A stretch of 64,000 nucleotides of DNA from Halarcobacter sp. (GTDB lineage: Bacteria; Campylobacterota; Campylobacteria; Campylobacterales; Arcobacteraceae), in assembly GCA_048571215.1 (NCBI GenBank), contig CP182352.1, forward strand, positions 2,816,001 through 2,880,000, given 5' to 3'. The first letter of the stretch is position 1. Each line of letters starts with the position of its first letter. Under the pieces are notes generated by a model. It was not told where the DNA came from, did not search any database, and saw only the letters and a list, made by a program, of their open reading frames with translations. Shown in pieces: positions 1-9,879 of the stretch. Position numbers and translations under genes: made by a program.

Positions 1-1
1 A

Positions 2-1534
2 ATGATGAAACAAATAGAGGCATTAAAAGCACAAATTGCAGCCCTTGAAAGTAAAATTTCAAATACTGAATCTGCAACAAAAAAAAATAAAGTATCATTA
101 GAGAAAATGATAAAAGGAGAATCTGCAACAATAAATGATAAAAGATTCAAAAAGTTAGAAAAAAAAGTTGCTAAAAACTATAAAAAAATCAATGATGTTA
201 AAACCCATGATGCAAATGATAACATAAAATGGGATGTTGATTTTAGAACACAGTTTGATAATATTCAATATGAACATGCTTCAGGTAAAAAATCTAAAAA
301 CAATGCCTTACTAACAAATAGATTATGGCTGGGCATGGGTTATTCTCCTGATGATAATACAATCTTTAAGGGATTATTATCGTATAACAAAGCTTTTGGA
401 GATACTGCAAACCACTCACAATCAAATACAAATCCTGGATATGCAAATTTTGATTGGGTGACTAATGAAAATGCTCTTGATAACACTTTAAAAGTTAAAG
501 AAGCATATTGGTTATATAAACAAGCTACTCTATTTGGAAGCAAAGTACCTTGGACAGTTTCTGTTGGTAGACGACCATCAACTGATGGTTTAGGAATAAA
601 CCTAAGAGCTGACCAACAAAGAAAATCTCCCCTCTCTCATACTGTAAATGTTGAATTTGATGGTGTAAGTGCAAGATTTGATTTAGATAAAATTACAGGT
701 GTTACAGGTATGTGGTGGAAATTTTGTGGAGGTAGAGGTTTAACAAATGCTAAACCTAGATTTCAAAATGATGGCACTGATTATGCAAAAGATGATTCAA
801 AAAATCCTGATGTAGATATGGCTGGATTTATCTTTGTACCATATGATAATGGTCAATACTCTATTCATACAAACTATGCTAGAGCATTTAATCTAATTGG
901 ATTTACAAATACTGCACTTGGTGCATATCAAGCTGCATATGGAGCTTATATGGGTTCTCAAAATGCAACAACTGCATATAATTTACAAGCTGCTACACCT
1001 GCATTTAATGATGTTGGAGATATGGATTTAGCAACTATTATGTTTAAAGCATATGGTATAGGAGATGGTATCTCTGATTTCTTAGATGATACAACCTTCT
1101 TTGCATCTGCTGCTATGTCAAAAACTCATCCTAACTCGAAAGGTATGTTAGGTTCTACAAGTTCTGAAACTGGATACTCTTTTTGGATTGGAGCTAATGC
1201 ACCTTGTCCTATAAGTCCAGATGATGCAAGAATAGGAATAGAGTGGAATAAAGGTAGTAAATACTGGCGTTCTATGACTTATGGTGAAGATACTATGGCA
1301 GGAAGTAAGATATCAGCTCGTGGTAATGCTTGGGAAATTTATAGAAATGCTAAGATTACAGATTCATTAAGTTGGCATCTAAGTTATACTTATATCAAAT
1401 ATGACTATACAGGAAGTAATGCCTTCTTTGGTGCAGAAGGTGCACCTATGACAATGGCTCAAGCTGTTGGTGCAGGTCAAGACCCTGTTGAAAAAGCACA
1501 AGATATAAAAGCATATGTAAGATATAGATTCTAA
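2..1534 (+). CDS. DUF3373-like outer-membrane beta-barrel protein (probably 5'-truncated by window edge)
   Basis: N-terminal coiled coil followed by beta-strand-rich body (NRLWLGMGY, KEAYWLY, SVGRRPSTDG), ends in aromatic YRF typical of OM barrels; resembles Campylobacterota DUF3373 proteins. Confidence 0.7.
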   Translation: MMKQIEALKAQIAALESKISNTESATKKNKVSLEKMIKGESATINDKRFKKLEKKVAKNYKKINDVKTHDANDNIKWDVDFRTQFDNIQYEHASGKKSKNNALLTNRLWLGMGYSPDDNTIFKGLLSYNKAFGDTANHSQSNTNPGYANFDWVTNENALDNTLKVKEAYWLYKQATLFGSKVPWTVSVGRRPSTDGLGINLRADQQRKSPLSHTVNVEFDGVSARFDLDKITGVTGMWWKFCGGRGLTNAKPRFQNDGTDYAKDDSKNPDVDMAGFIFVPYDNGQYSIHTNYARAFNLIGFTNTALGAYQAAYGAYMGSQNATTAYNLQAATPAFNDVGDMDLATIMFKAYGIGDGISDFLDDTTFFASAAMSKTHPNSKGMLGSTSSETGYSFWIGANAPCPISPDDARIGIEWNKGSKYWRSMTYGEDTMAGSKISARGNAWEIYRNAKITDSLSWHLSYTYIKYDYTGSNAFFGAEGAPMTMAQAVGAGQDPVEKAQDIKAYVRYRF

Positions 1535-1535
1535 T

Positions 1536-1559
1536 AAAAAGAGGCTAAGCCCTCTTTTT
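1536..1559. terminator. Bidirectional intrinsic terminator
   Basis: AAAAAGAGG-ctaagc-CCTCTTTTT between convergent genes. Confidence 0.75.
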
Positions 1560-2073
1560 ATTTACTAAAAGAGTATCTATCTAGTTTATAGATTACTTTT
1601 TCTGCTATCTCTAACATAGAGATATTTAATTTCTTAAAATTCTCATCTTTTATATTTACTAATAACTTATCGTATACATTTCCATAAGGATATATTGTAA
1701 AATAGATATAGCTCTTTGATTTACTCTCTTTATCCAATTCTTTAAACCAAACTGCTAAAAGTGAGAAATACAACATAGCAGGATTGAAAGGTTTTCCATC
1801 TTTTAACTCTTTTGAAAGTTGAAAATTTAAAAAGTTATAAGCATCAATAATCGCTTTTATTCTATAGTGACTTGCATTTTTTATATAATATTCATTTGGA
1901 AAGGTACAAACACTCATTTGTTTATACATATCTTCTGATATTTTATTGATATATTGATTAATCTCTTTATCAATATCAAAAATATCCTCTTCTACATCCT
2001 TATACGAGGAGATTAAATCTTTGCAAAAAAGTAGTAAGGCTTCTGTTTTTATCTGTGATAAGTTTAAAATCAT
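1558..2073 (-). CDS. Hypothetical protein
   Basis: 171-aa ORF with host-like composition, no recognised motif. Confidence 0.7.
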   Translation of the reverse strand: MILNLSQIKTEALLLFCKDLISSYKDVEEDIFDIDKEINQYINKISEDMYKQMSVCTFPNEYYIKNASHYRIKAIIDAYNFLNFQLSKELKDGKPFNPAMLYFSLLAVWFKELDKESKSKSYIYFTIYPYGNVYDKLLVNIKDENFKKLNISMLEIAEKVIYKLDRYSFSK

Positions 2074-2183
2074 ACACTATTTTAACGAAATTTTGATAAA
2101 AAATTCCACTTAAGAATAAATTTAAGTGCTTTTGCGATAAAATGTATAAATTTAATCAATTATTAATAAAATAAAGGAAATTA

Positions 2184-3992
2184 TTGGAACCTATTGGTAT
2201 TTTAAAAGATGGTCAAATCTATGACCTTCAAACTGCGGAAGCTTTAAACTTAAGTGGAGATGAGATTAAAGCTGATAATTCACCCGAATCTCTAGAGATA
2301 TTAAGACACTCGTGCGCACACTTAATGGCTCAAGCAATAAAAGAGCTATATCCAGAGGCTAAATTCTTTGTTGGACCAGTTGTAAAAGAGGGATTCTATT
2401 ACGACTTTAAAGTAGAAGAAAAAATCTCAGATGAAGATCTTCCTAAAATAGAAAAAAAGATGAAAGAGTTAGCAAATGCTAAACTTAAAATCGAAAGATA
2501 TGAAACATCAAGAGAAGAGATCTTAGAAAAATTTGCAGATGATGAATTAAAACAAGCTGTGCTTAGTAAAATCAAAGATGATACACTAACCATATATAAA
2601 CAAGGGGATTTTGAAGACCTATGTCGTGGACCACATCTACCTAATACAAGAATGATTAGAAGTTATAAACTTACACGTGTAGCAGGTGCTTACCTTGGTG
2701 GTGATGAAAAAAATGAGATGATCACAAGAATTTATGGTATTGCATTTTTTGATAAAAAAGAGTTAAATGACTATGTAAGGATGCATGAAGAAGCTAAAAA
2801 AAGGGATCATAGAAAACTTGGAACAGAACTTGAACTTTTCACATTTAGTGATGATGTGGGAGCAGGTCTTCCAATGTGGCTACCAAATGGAGCACGTCTA
2901 AGATCAAAACTAGAGCATATTTTATACCATGCACACAGAATTAGAGGTTATGAACCAGTACGTGGTCCTGAAATCTTAAAATCTAAGATGTGGGATATCT
3001 CAGGGCACAATGCAAACTATAGTCAAAATATGTACTATACTACTATTGATGAACAAGAATATGCAATGAAGCCAATGAACTGTGTTGGTCATATTCAAAT
3101 TTTTAAGAACTCTTTAGTATCATATAAAGATTTGCCAAAAAAACTTTTTGAATATGGTGTTGTTCATAGACATGAGATGAGTGGAGCTATGCATGGATTA
3201 TTTAGAGTAAGAGAGTTTACTCAAGATGATGCACATATATTCTGTACACAAGACCAAATGAAAGAAGTTATATTTGAAGTTTTAGAATTTGTTGATTCTT
3301 TACTAAAACTATTTGATTTTAAATATGAAATTGAAGTTTCTACAAAACCAGAAAAAGCAATTGGGGATGATGATTTTTGGGAAAAAACAACAAAAGGTAT
3401 CATGGATGCACTTGATGAAAACAATATCTCTTATGGTATTGATGAGGGTGGAGGAGCATTTTATGGTCCAAAAATTGATATCAAAATTCTTGATGCTATT
3501 GGAAGAAAATGGCAATGTGGAACAGTACAAGTAGATATGAACTTGCCTTCTAGATTTGAAGCTGAATTTATTAATGATAAAGGTGAAAAAGAACAACCTG
3601 TTATGATTCACAGAGCTATATTAGGTTCTTTTGAAAGATTTATTGGAATATTAACAGAACACTGTGCTGGTGAGTTTCCATTTGCTATTGCACCAACACA
3701 AGTAATTTTTATACCAATTGCTGATACACATAATGAATATGCAAAAACTCTACAAAAAGAGCTTTTAGCAAATAATATGGATTCTAAAATTTTCAATATG
3801 AATGAAAGTTTAAATAAAAGAATTAGAATGGCAGAAAAACAAAGAGTTCCTATGATTGTAGTTATTGGGGATGAAGAGGTTGAAAACCAAACTATTGCAT
3901 TAAGAGATAGAAGAAAAAGAGAACAGTCAAATATGAGTAAAAATGAATTTTTTACAATGTTAAATGAGTTAAATAAAGGGAGTAAAATTTGA
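2184..3992 (+). CDS. thrS: Threonine--tRNA ligase
   Basis: [38 protein letters not shown] motifs; TTG start after AAGGA. Confidence 0.98.
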   Translation: MEPIGILKDGQIYDLQTAEALNLSGDEIKADNSPESLEILRHSCAHLMAQAIKELYPEAKFFVGPVVKEGFYYDFKVEEKISDEDLPKIEKKMKELANAKLKIERYETSREEILEKFADDELKQAVLSKIKDDTLTIYKQGDFEDLCRGPHLPNTRMIRSYKLTRVAGAYLGGDEKNEMITRIYGIAFFDKKELNDYVRMHEEAKKRDHRKLGTELELFTFSDDVGAGLPMWLPNGARLRSKLEHILYHAHRIRGYEPVRGPEILKSKMWDISGHNANYSQNMYYTTIDEQEYAMKPMNCVGHIQIFKNSLVSYKDLPKKLFEYGVVHRHEMSGAMHGLFRVREFTQDDAHIFCTQDQMKEVIFEVLEFVDSLLKLFDFKYEIEVSTKPEKAIGDDDFWEKTTKGIMDALDENNISYGIDEGGGAFYGPKIDIKILDAIGRKWQCGTVQVDMNLPSRFEAEFINDKGEKEQPVMIHRAILGSFERFIGILTEHCAGEFPFAIAPTQVIFIPIADTHNEYAKTLQKELLANNMDSKIFNMNESLNKRIRMAEKQRVPMIVVIGDEEVENQTIALRDRRKREQSNMSKNEFFTMLNELNKGSKI

Positions 3993-4525
3993 GTAGAGAT
4001 AAAAGAAAAGACGATGTTATAATGAATGAAGACATTACAGCAAGAGAAGTTAGGTGCACAGGTGATGATGGAACAAATTATGGAATTATTCCAACAAGCA
4101 ATGCCCAACAAACTGCTGATGAATTAGGACTAGATTTAGTTTTAATTGCACCTGATGCTAAACCACCAGTTGCTAAAATCATGGATTATGGAAAATTTAA
4201 ATATCAACAAGAAAAAAAGAAAAAAGACGCTAAGAAAAAACAAAAAGTTATTGTTGTAAAAGAGGTAAAATTTTCTGTAAAAATTGCAGATAATGATATC
4301 AACTATAAAGTAAAACATATTATAGAATTCCTTGAAAAAGGTTACCATGTAAAATGTAGAGTATTTTTAAAAGGTAGAGAGATGGCACACCCTGAAGCTG
4401 GTGCTGAAGTACTTGAAAGAGTATGGCCTATGATTGAAGAATATGCTGCAAGAGATATGGAACCAAAACAAGAGGGAAGATTTGTTAATATGAATGTTGT
4501 TCCTAAAAACGAGCATAAAAAATAA
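3989..4525 (+). CDS. infC: Translation initiation factor IF-3
   Basis: [14 protein letters not shown] motif; overlaps thrS stop; TTG start. Confidence 0.97.
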   Translation: MSRDKRKDDVIMNEDITAREVRCTGDDGTNYGIIPTSNAQQTADELGLDLVLIAPDAKPPVAKIMDYGKFKYQQEKKKKDAKKKQKVIVVKEVKFSVKIADNDINYKVKHIIEFLEKGYHVKCRVFLKGREMAHPEAGAEVLERVWPMIEEYAARDMEPKQEGRFVNMNVVPKNEHKK

Positions 4526-4676
4526 GCTAAGGTAAATTTAGGAAAAGAGCTCTCAACTCTTTTTCTCTCCCCTTTTTAATACTTCACTTAAACTTTATTA
4601 AAGCTAAATTTAAGTAAAATCTCAAACTTTTTCATAAGATAATTGGAAATGCAAATTTATTAGAAAGGAATCCACG

Positions 4677-4874
4677 ATGCCAAAGATGAAATCTGTAAGT
4701 GGTGCTTTAAAAAGATTTAAAGTAAAAAAGAATGGTTCTATTAAAAGAGGATCAGCTTTTAGAAGCCACATCTTAACTAAAAAATCTCAAAAAAGAAAAA
4801 GAGATTTAAGAGGTCCTCAAACAGTTGCAGAAGTTGATGTAACTAGAGTAAAAAGAATGTTAAACAAAGCGTAA
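4677..4874 (+). CDS. rpmI: 50S ribosomal protein L35
   Basis: MPKMKS...KRFK...HILTKKS. Confidence 0.98.
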   Translation: MPKMKSVSGALKRFKVKKNGSIKRGSAFRSHILTKKSQKRKRDLRGPQTVAEVDVTRVKRMLNKA

Positions 4875-4971
4875 TTAAGATTTAATTACATAGTCCCTCC
4901 ACAAAATGTGGACAAGTTCGATTTTATAAAATCGACACCTATTAAAAAAATATGGTAAAGAAAGGAAAAAT

Positions 4972-5331
4972 ATGCCTAGAGTTAAAACTGGTGTAGTAAG
5001 AAGAAGAAGACATAAGAAAGTTTTAAAAGCTGCTAGAGGTTTTTATAGCGGTAGAAGTAAACACTTTAGAAAAGCTAAAGAGCAATTAGAACACTCGTTA
5101 GTATATGCTTATAGAGATAGAAAACAGAAAAAAAGAGATATCAGAAAGCTTTGGATCATCAGAATCAATGCTGCTTGTAGATTAAACGATATTAACTATT
5201 CAAGATTTATGAATGGTCTTAAATTAGCAAATATCGAATTAGATAGAAAAATCTTAGCTGATATGGCTATGAATGATGCGGAAGCATTTACTTCATTAGT
5301 AACTAAAGCAAAAGATGCATTAGCAGCATAA
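4972..5331 (+). CDS. rplT: 50S ribosomal protein L20
   Basis: MPRVKTG...[10 protein letters not shown]...WIIRINAA. Confidence 0.98.
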   Translation: MPRVKTGVVRRRRHKKVLKAARGFYSGRSKHFRKAKEQLEHSLVYAYRDRKQKKRDIRKLWIIRINAACRLNDINYSRFMNGLKLANIELDRKILADMAMNDAEAFTSLVTKAKDALAA

Positions 5332-5350
5332 TAATAAATTTGCAAAATAA

Positions 5351-5389
5351 AAAAGGGTTTGAAGTTTAGACTTCAAGCCCTTTTTTTTT
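5351..5389 (+). terminator. Intrinsic terminator of the thrS-rplT operon; marks the left edge of the accessory island
   Basis: GGGTTTGAAGT-ttag-ACTTCAAGCCC followed by T9. Confidence 0.9.
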
Positions 5390-5420
5390 GGTTTTTTTGA
5401 GGACATTGAGCTTTGATTTA

Positions 5421-6020
5421 CTCAAATAGTTTTAGATAATTTCAATTGTATGCAGTTGTCTTGTAGAGCGAGGCTCTCCGCTTTCATACTTTTTAATTGT
5501 AAAAAGTATGGCAAAAAGCAACCAGACGGTTCTTGAAGCTAAAGTTCCCTCCAGTTTTATAATTATTTCCTGACCTGCGGGACTTGATATAAAACGTGAC
5601 ATTTAGTCACCTTTTATATCTTCGAACAAGTCCTCGGTCTTCTCCGAAAATAATTAGAAAACTTCCGGCTTCAACAAAGTCTGGACTAAATATACTAGCC
5701 ACAAACTTCCTAATTTAAATTTAACATAACACCAGTTTAAATAAAATGGTACAAAAAAATGTAAAGGTCCTTATCCCACTTTCCCGCATTTGAGAAACCG
5801 AGTGTTTATTTATCTCTTTTGAAAACAAGTGACTAAACTGTTTGAAGCGTAAAGAAACGTTCTGGGAGAACGTTTTAGCAAGTTTTTAGGCACTCAAAAG
5901 GGATAAGTAATAAGCGAGGGAACCTTCGGCTTCGAAACCCGCGGGATAATTTCTTTGCTACTTTCTTTTTTACAAAAGAAAGTTGAGAAAGCCAAGACGT
6001 ACAGTAGAAATTTAACTACA
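5421..6020. repeat. Structured non-coding ~600-bp repeat, copy 1 (module A about 5480-5684, module B about 5771-5992)
   Basis: Aligns to copy 2 at a 600-bp offset (CTTTCATACTTTTTAATTGTAAAAAGTATG at 5481 and 6081); long nested inverted repeats; no credible ORF. Confidence 0.92.
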
Positions 6021-6636
6021 CTCAAATATATTGATAATAGTTTTTATTGTCTGCAATTGTCTTGAAGAACAAGTTCTTCGCTTTCATACTTTTTAATTGT
6101 AAAAAGTATGACAAAAAGCAACCAGACGGTTGTCGAAGCTAAAGTTCCCTTCAGTTTTATAATTATTTCCTGACCTGCGGAACGCCTTCCTAAAAGGTAC
6201 ATTCAGTACCTTTTATCCAGTTGAACGGTCCTCGGTCTTCTCCGAAAATAATTAGAAAACTTCCGGCTTCAACAAAGTCTGGACTAAATACACTAGCCAC
6301 GAACTTTCTTTTGCAAATTGAGTATTACACCAATCAAAATAAAATGGTAGTAAAAATGCAAAGGTCCTTATCCCCACCTTCCCGCATTTGAGAAGCCGAG
6401 CGTTTATTTTGCTTTTCGGAAAAGTTTTTCAACTGTCAGAGCGTAAAAAAACGTAACTAACTTACGTTTTAGCGAGTTTTGAAAAACAGAAAAGTGAAAT
6501 AATAAGCGAGGGTAGTTTCACCTTTGAAACCTGTGGGATAATTTCTTTGCTACTTTCTTTTTTATAAAAGAAAGTCGAGAAAGCCAAGACGTGCAGTAAA
6601 AGTTTATTTATACTCAAATATATTGATAATAGTTTT
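6021..6636. repeat. Structured non-coding ~600-bp repeat, copy 2 (plus start of a further unit)
   Basis: Tandem with copy 1; same flanking motifs, diverged apical stems that still pair. Confidence 0.92.
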
Positions 6637-6901
6637 AACCCTACATACAACATAATATATTTATCATTTTGTTAAACTATCAAAATTTTCATCCAATAGT
6701 CATACAAAATGATATGCTATTAAGGATATACCTTAATAATCTAACATAAAAAATGTTCTACTTTTTCTTATATTATTTTGTATTTCACTAAATTTAGACT
6801 ATTTAAGGCTTATTTGAGTTAATATTTTTACATTTTAATTGTTAAGATATTAGATGTTTTTATACATTATTTATATATAATGTATAACTAATAAGTAGTT
6901 A
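6637..6901 (+). promoter_or_regulatory. Conserved cassette-array leader 1 (candidate Pc promoter region)
   Basis: Homologous to 12468-12718; contains ATTTAAGGCTTATTTGAGTTAATAT (resembles the thrS upstream ATTTAAG-N11-TAAAAT) and an inverted repeat TATACATTA/TAATGTATA with a TATAAT. Confidence 0.55.
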
Positions 6902-6904
6902 GTC
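6885..6904 (+). other. attI-like integron recombination site 1
   Basis: TAACTA-ataag-TAGTTA inverted pair ending in G|TTAGTC; homology with leader 2 stops right after GTTA, where cassette DNA begins. Confidence 0.65.
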
Positions 6905-6928
6905 GAAAAATTAAAATAAGGAAGTCCT

Positions 6929-7981
6929 GTGAATTTATATGACTATTTGTATGTTGATTTAGATAAAGCAATTTCATTGTACAGTCAGCTCACGGGAGGC
7001 GTTGTTGAGCTTAAGGAAACTCAATCTGAGAAAAGCATCACCTCAGACAACAAAAGAAATTACGATTTCAAAGTGTTTAAACATGATGCAGGTGGAACCA
7101 CTCAAGACAAAGATCAAGACAAAACAACAATCAAGCCTCATCATGCTCTGCTGCAAGAATTGGAAGCAGAATTATTGTCGTCAGGTTATCTCTTGGACTT
7201 AGACGGTCTTGATGGAGACAAAACCCTTAAAGACCTAGAGCTAAGAGCAACATTGAAAAATGCATTATGTATCAAATGCACAGGGTGAATTGTCATTGAA
7301 GACTATGAAAGAATGAAGAAAATTGGTAAAGACTTTCCTGATATCGTGAAACTTATCAATAGGAGTCATGCCGATTCATTAAAAGACAATCCTGAGTATC
7401 AGGCAATTGAACAGCAGATAGAAGAGCTTGAAAATACGACAGGTGATAGAAATAAGAAATCTAAGGCAAAACAAAAAGCAAAAGAATTAAGAGAAGTACT
7501 AGATAATTTAGTTTCCTCATCGACAGCGCTAGATGCTGTACCTCAGTGGATACTGGACGGGATGAGAACATGGATTGATGCTTTCTTGCCCAATATTACC
7601 AATATTCGAGTCTATCCCTTCAAAGATCAAAATGATGAGCATATCTTTGGGCATTTAGACTCAGAAAACTTCACAATTAATGACCCAACTGCGTTCCATT
7701 TCACATACGGGTCCTTTCCAACAGAAGAGTTTACCATACTTGGAATCGTAACCTCAGTACCACTGAATGAGGAGGAAAGCTTCTCCCCATTGGAAGAATT
7801 TGAAAAAGATGAACTAGAAGATTTCGAAAGTGTTGAAAGTGCTTTTCGCGGTATGTTTAGAGGGTTTGACGGTATGGAGGCAATGGTGAGAACTTGTCGA
7901 TATCCAAGAGTGTTAGTGCATCCAATTTTAGTTTATCGTCACACATCACCTAACAAAGCATTGCAGCGGACAAGCCGCTGA
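6929..7981 (+). pseudogene. Cassette 1 gene, hypothetical (possibly DUF6414-like), split by one in-frame TGA at 7286-7288
   Basis: ORFs 6929..7288 and 7313..7981 share a frame and read KCTG*IVIEDYERM across the stop; visibly more GC-rich than the host. Confidence 0.75.
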
Positions 7982-7995
7982 ATGCGGCGTTAGAT
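7948..7995 (+). other. attC site of cassette 1
   Basis: R'' ACCTAAC ... GCATT-g-CAGCGG-acaag-CCGCTG-AATGC ... R' GTTAGAT, with an extra-helical G in L''. Confidence 0.85.
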
Positions 7996-8017
7996 AAACA
8001 TAATAAGGAATATTAAA

Positions 8018-9859
8018 TTGAGCATAGAATTTTTAAAAACAGATTATGAAAAAATAGATTATTTAAGTAATTTATTAAAATCTCGTGCCACAGGAAAGGA
8101 AGCTTCTGATAGTGAATACAAAGCACTAAGAGATGAACTATTATTGAATAGAAAATTAGAACAATATTTTCCTATATGGTTGAAAACCAATGGAGATTTA
8201 AATTCATTTTGGAGATTTATAAAAGAAAAGTTTAAAACATATGATGAAAGAACTAAATTTTTATCTGATGAATTTCTACCTTTGTTAAATTATCTAATGC
8301 CAACAGAATTAAAGCCGGTATCAATTCCAAAAGATATTTTACCATTAGGTCAAGATACTTTAAAACAAAAACTTAATGAATATCTAAAAATACATAATGA
8401 AATAATCAATATATATGGGAATTTTATATTATCTACAAAAGTTTTAGGGAATGGTGGAACTTCTGTTGTTAAAGGATTTAATTTTAGTGGTAAAGAATAT
8501 GCTATTAAATTTTTACTTGAAAATATAAAACAAAAAGAAAGCACAACATTTAAACGATTTAAACAATCTCATTTAAATTTATTGTCCATTCAACATTCAG
8601 GAGTGGTATTACCACAAATACATTTTGATAGCATAAAGATTAATAATGAAACTCAAATCCCATATATAATAATGCCAAAAGCAGAAACTACTTTAAAAGT
8701 TTTTGTGGATGAGAAAAAAAGAAATGATGAATTTAACTTTATATTCTTTGAAAAATTATTTGATAATTTAATAAATATAGTTGATATAATTCATAGCCAT
8801 AATATTATACATAGGGATATAAAACCTGAGAATCTTTTTATTTTGGATGGAAGATTAGTTTTGGGTGATTTTGACATTGCTAAATTTAACGATAATCATC
8901 ACATTAAGCTTGTAGATACAAAAAAAGCCGATAGAATGGCAAATTTTTACTATTCTGCACCAGAACAATCAATAAAAAAATTTGATGAAATTACATTTTC
9001 TGCTGATTGGTATGCAATAGGACAAGTATTGTATTGGCTAATAACTGGCGATACATTAAGAGGTCAAGAGAATATATCTTTGGTTCAATATGATAAACAA
9101 TATGAAAAATACGAAACATTAATAAGAAATTTATTGTCTAATGAACCAAGCCATAGATTAAGTTCAAAAAAAGATATTAAAGAATTTTTAAATAGCAAAA
9201 AACAAATTAGATGGGAAGACACCTTACATAATTTTGATGATATTATTGTTTATAAGTATATGTCTGATTTTGGAGTTTCAAGACAAGGTTTTAAAGAATT
9301 TAACGATGTAGAATCCATTCTTGAAATAATGACTGATTTATCTAATAATACTGATAAATTAGCACTTTGGATAAGTCAAGGTTATTCAGACAGAGATGTT
9401 AAGTATATTTCAAAAAATAAAGACTGCGATGCTTGTTTTTTAATTGACTATTTAGAAATAAAAATTAAAACTATTTGGATATATAAACATTTTAATAGTT
9501 TTGGTGGTAGTACAATTATTATTGAAACAGACAACTATGAAGCTATTAACACAGATGCTAACAATATTGACTATTATGGTCTTTTTGATGGTAATATTAT
9601 AAAACCTGAAGAAGTTGATAGTGGCTGGGCAATAATAAATGGAAAAAGAACTAAACTTGATAAAACAGCAGAAGTGAGGGGAAGAGTTTTAAATAAAACT
9701 ATCTATTTTTTAGCACCATTTAAAGGTCCATTAGTTAAAAATGCTAAAATAATTGATAACTTATATAAATCTTACAATGAGGAAATTGGTCTAAATGAAG
9801 ATTTTTTAGCACCTCTTAAATCAATAAAAAGGAATGATGATATTATGATGATGTCATAA
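8018..9859 (+). CDS. Cassette 2 gene: Ser/Thr protein kinase with an N-terminal abortive-infection-like domain
   Basis: LGNGGTSVV, YAIKFL, HRDIKPEN, DFD (in place of DFG), YSAPEQ, DWYAIG; N-terminus FWRFIKEKFKTYDERTKFL resembles Abi-protein N-terminal domains. Confidence 0.85.
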   Translation: MSIEFLKTDYEKIDYLSNLLKSRATGKEASDSEYKALRDELLLNRKLEQYFPIWLKTNGDLNSFWRFIKEKFKTYDERTKFLSDEFLPLLNYLMPTELKPVSIPKDILPLGQDTLKQKLNEYLKIHNEIINIYGNFILSTKVLGNGGTSVVKGFNFSGKEYAIKFLLENIKQKESTTFKRFKQSHLNLLSIQHSGVVLPQIHFDSIKINNETQIPYIIMPKAETTLKVFVDEKKRNDEFNFIFFEKLFDNLINIVDIIHSHNIIHRDIKPENLFILDGRLVLGDFDIAKFNDNHHIKLVDTKKADRMANFYYSAPEQSIKKFDEITFSADWYAIGQVLYWLITGDTLRGQENISLVQYDKQYEKYETLIRNLLSNEPSHRLSSKKDIKEFLNSKKQIRWEDTLHNFDDIIVYKYMSDFGVSRQGFKEFNDVESILEIMTDLSNNTDKLALWISQGYSDRDVKYISKNKDCDACFLIDYLEIKIKTIWIYKHFNSFGGSTIIIETDNYEAINTDANNIDYYGLFDGNIIKPEEVDSGWAIINGKRTKLDKTAEVRGRVLNKTIYFLAPFKGPLVKNAKIIDNLYKSYNEEIGLNEDFLAPLKSIKRNDDIMMMS

Positions 9860-9864
9860 TGATT

Positions 9865-9877
9865 ATCTAACAAAACC
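9865..9877 (+). other. Truncated attC of cassette 2 (R'' box only)
   Basis: ATCTAAC is the exact reverse complement of the cassette's first bases GTTAGAT (7989-7995); followed by AAAAC as in attC3, then IS sequence. Confidence 0.7.
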
Positions 9878-9879
9878 TA

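Noticed and set aside
5771..5992. Group II intron or rRNA/tRNA fragment
   Set aside because: No domain V/VI consensus, no reverse transcriptase ORF, no rRNA or tRNA signature
5421..6636. CRISPR array interpretation of the tandem repeats
   Set aside because: Unit is ~600 bp with no short identical repeats separated by unique spacers, and no cas genes
6462..6653. ORFs over the repeats (also 11766..11996, 12307..12495, 12368..12643)
   Set aside because: Frames are not conserved between repeat copies; conservation follows base pairing, not codons
7286..7330. Selenocysteine read-through of the in-frame TGA
   Set aside because: No convincing SECIS-like hairpin directly downstream and no redox motif; nonsense mutation is simpler
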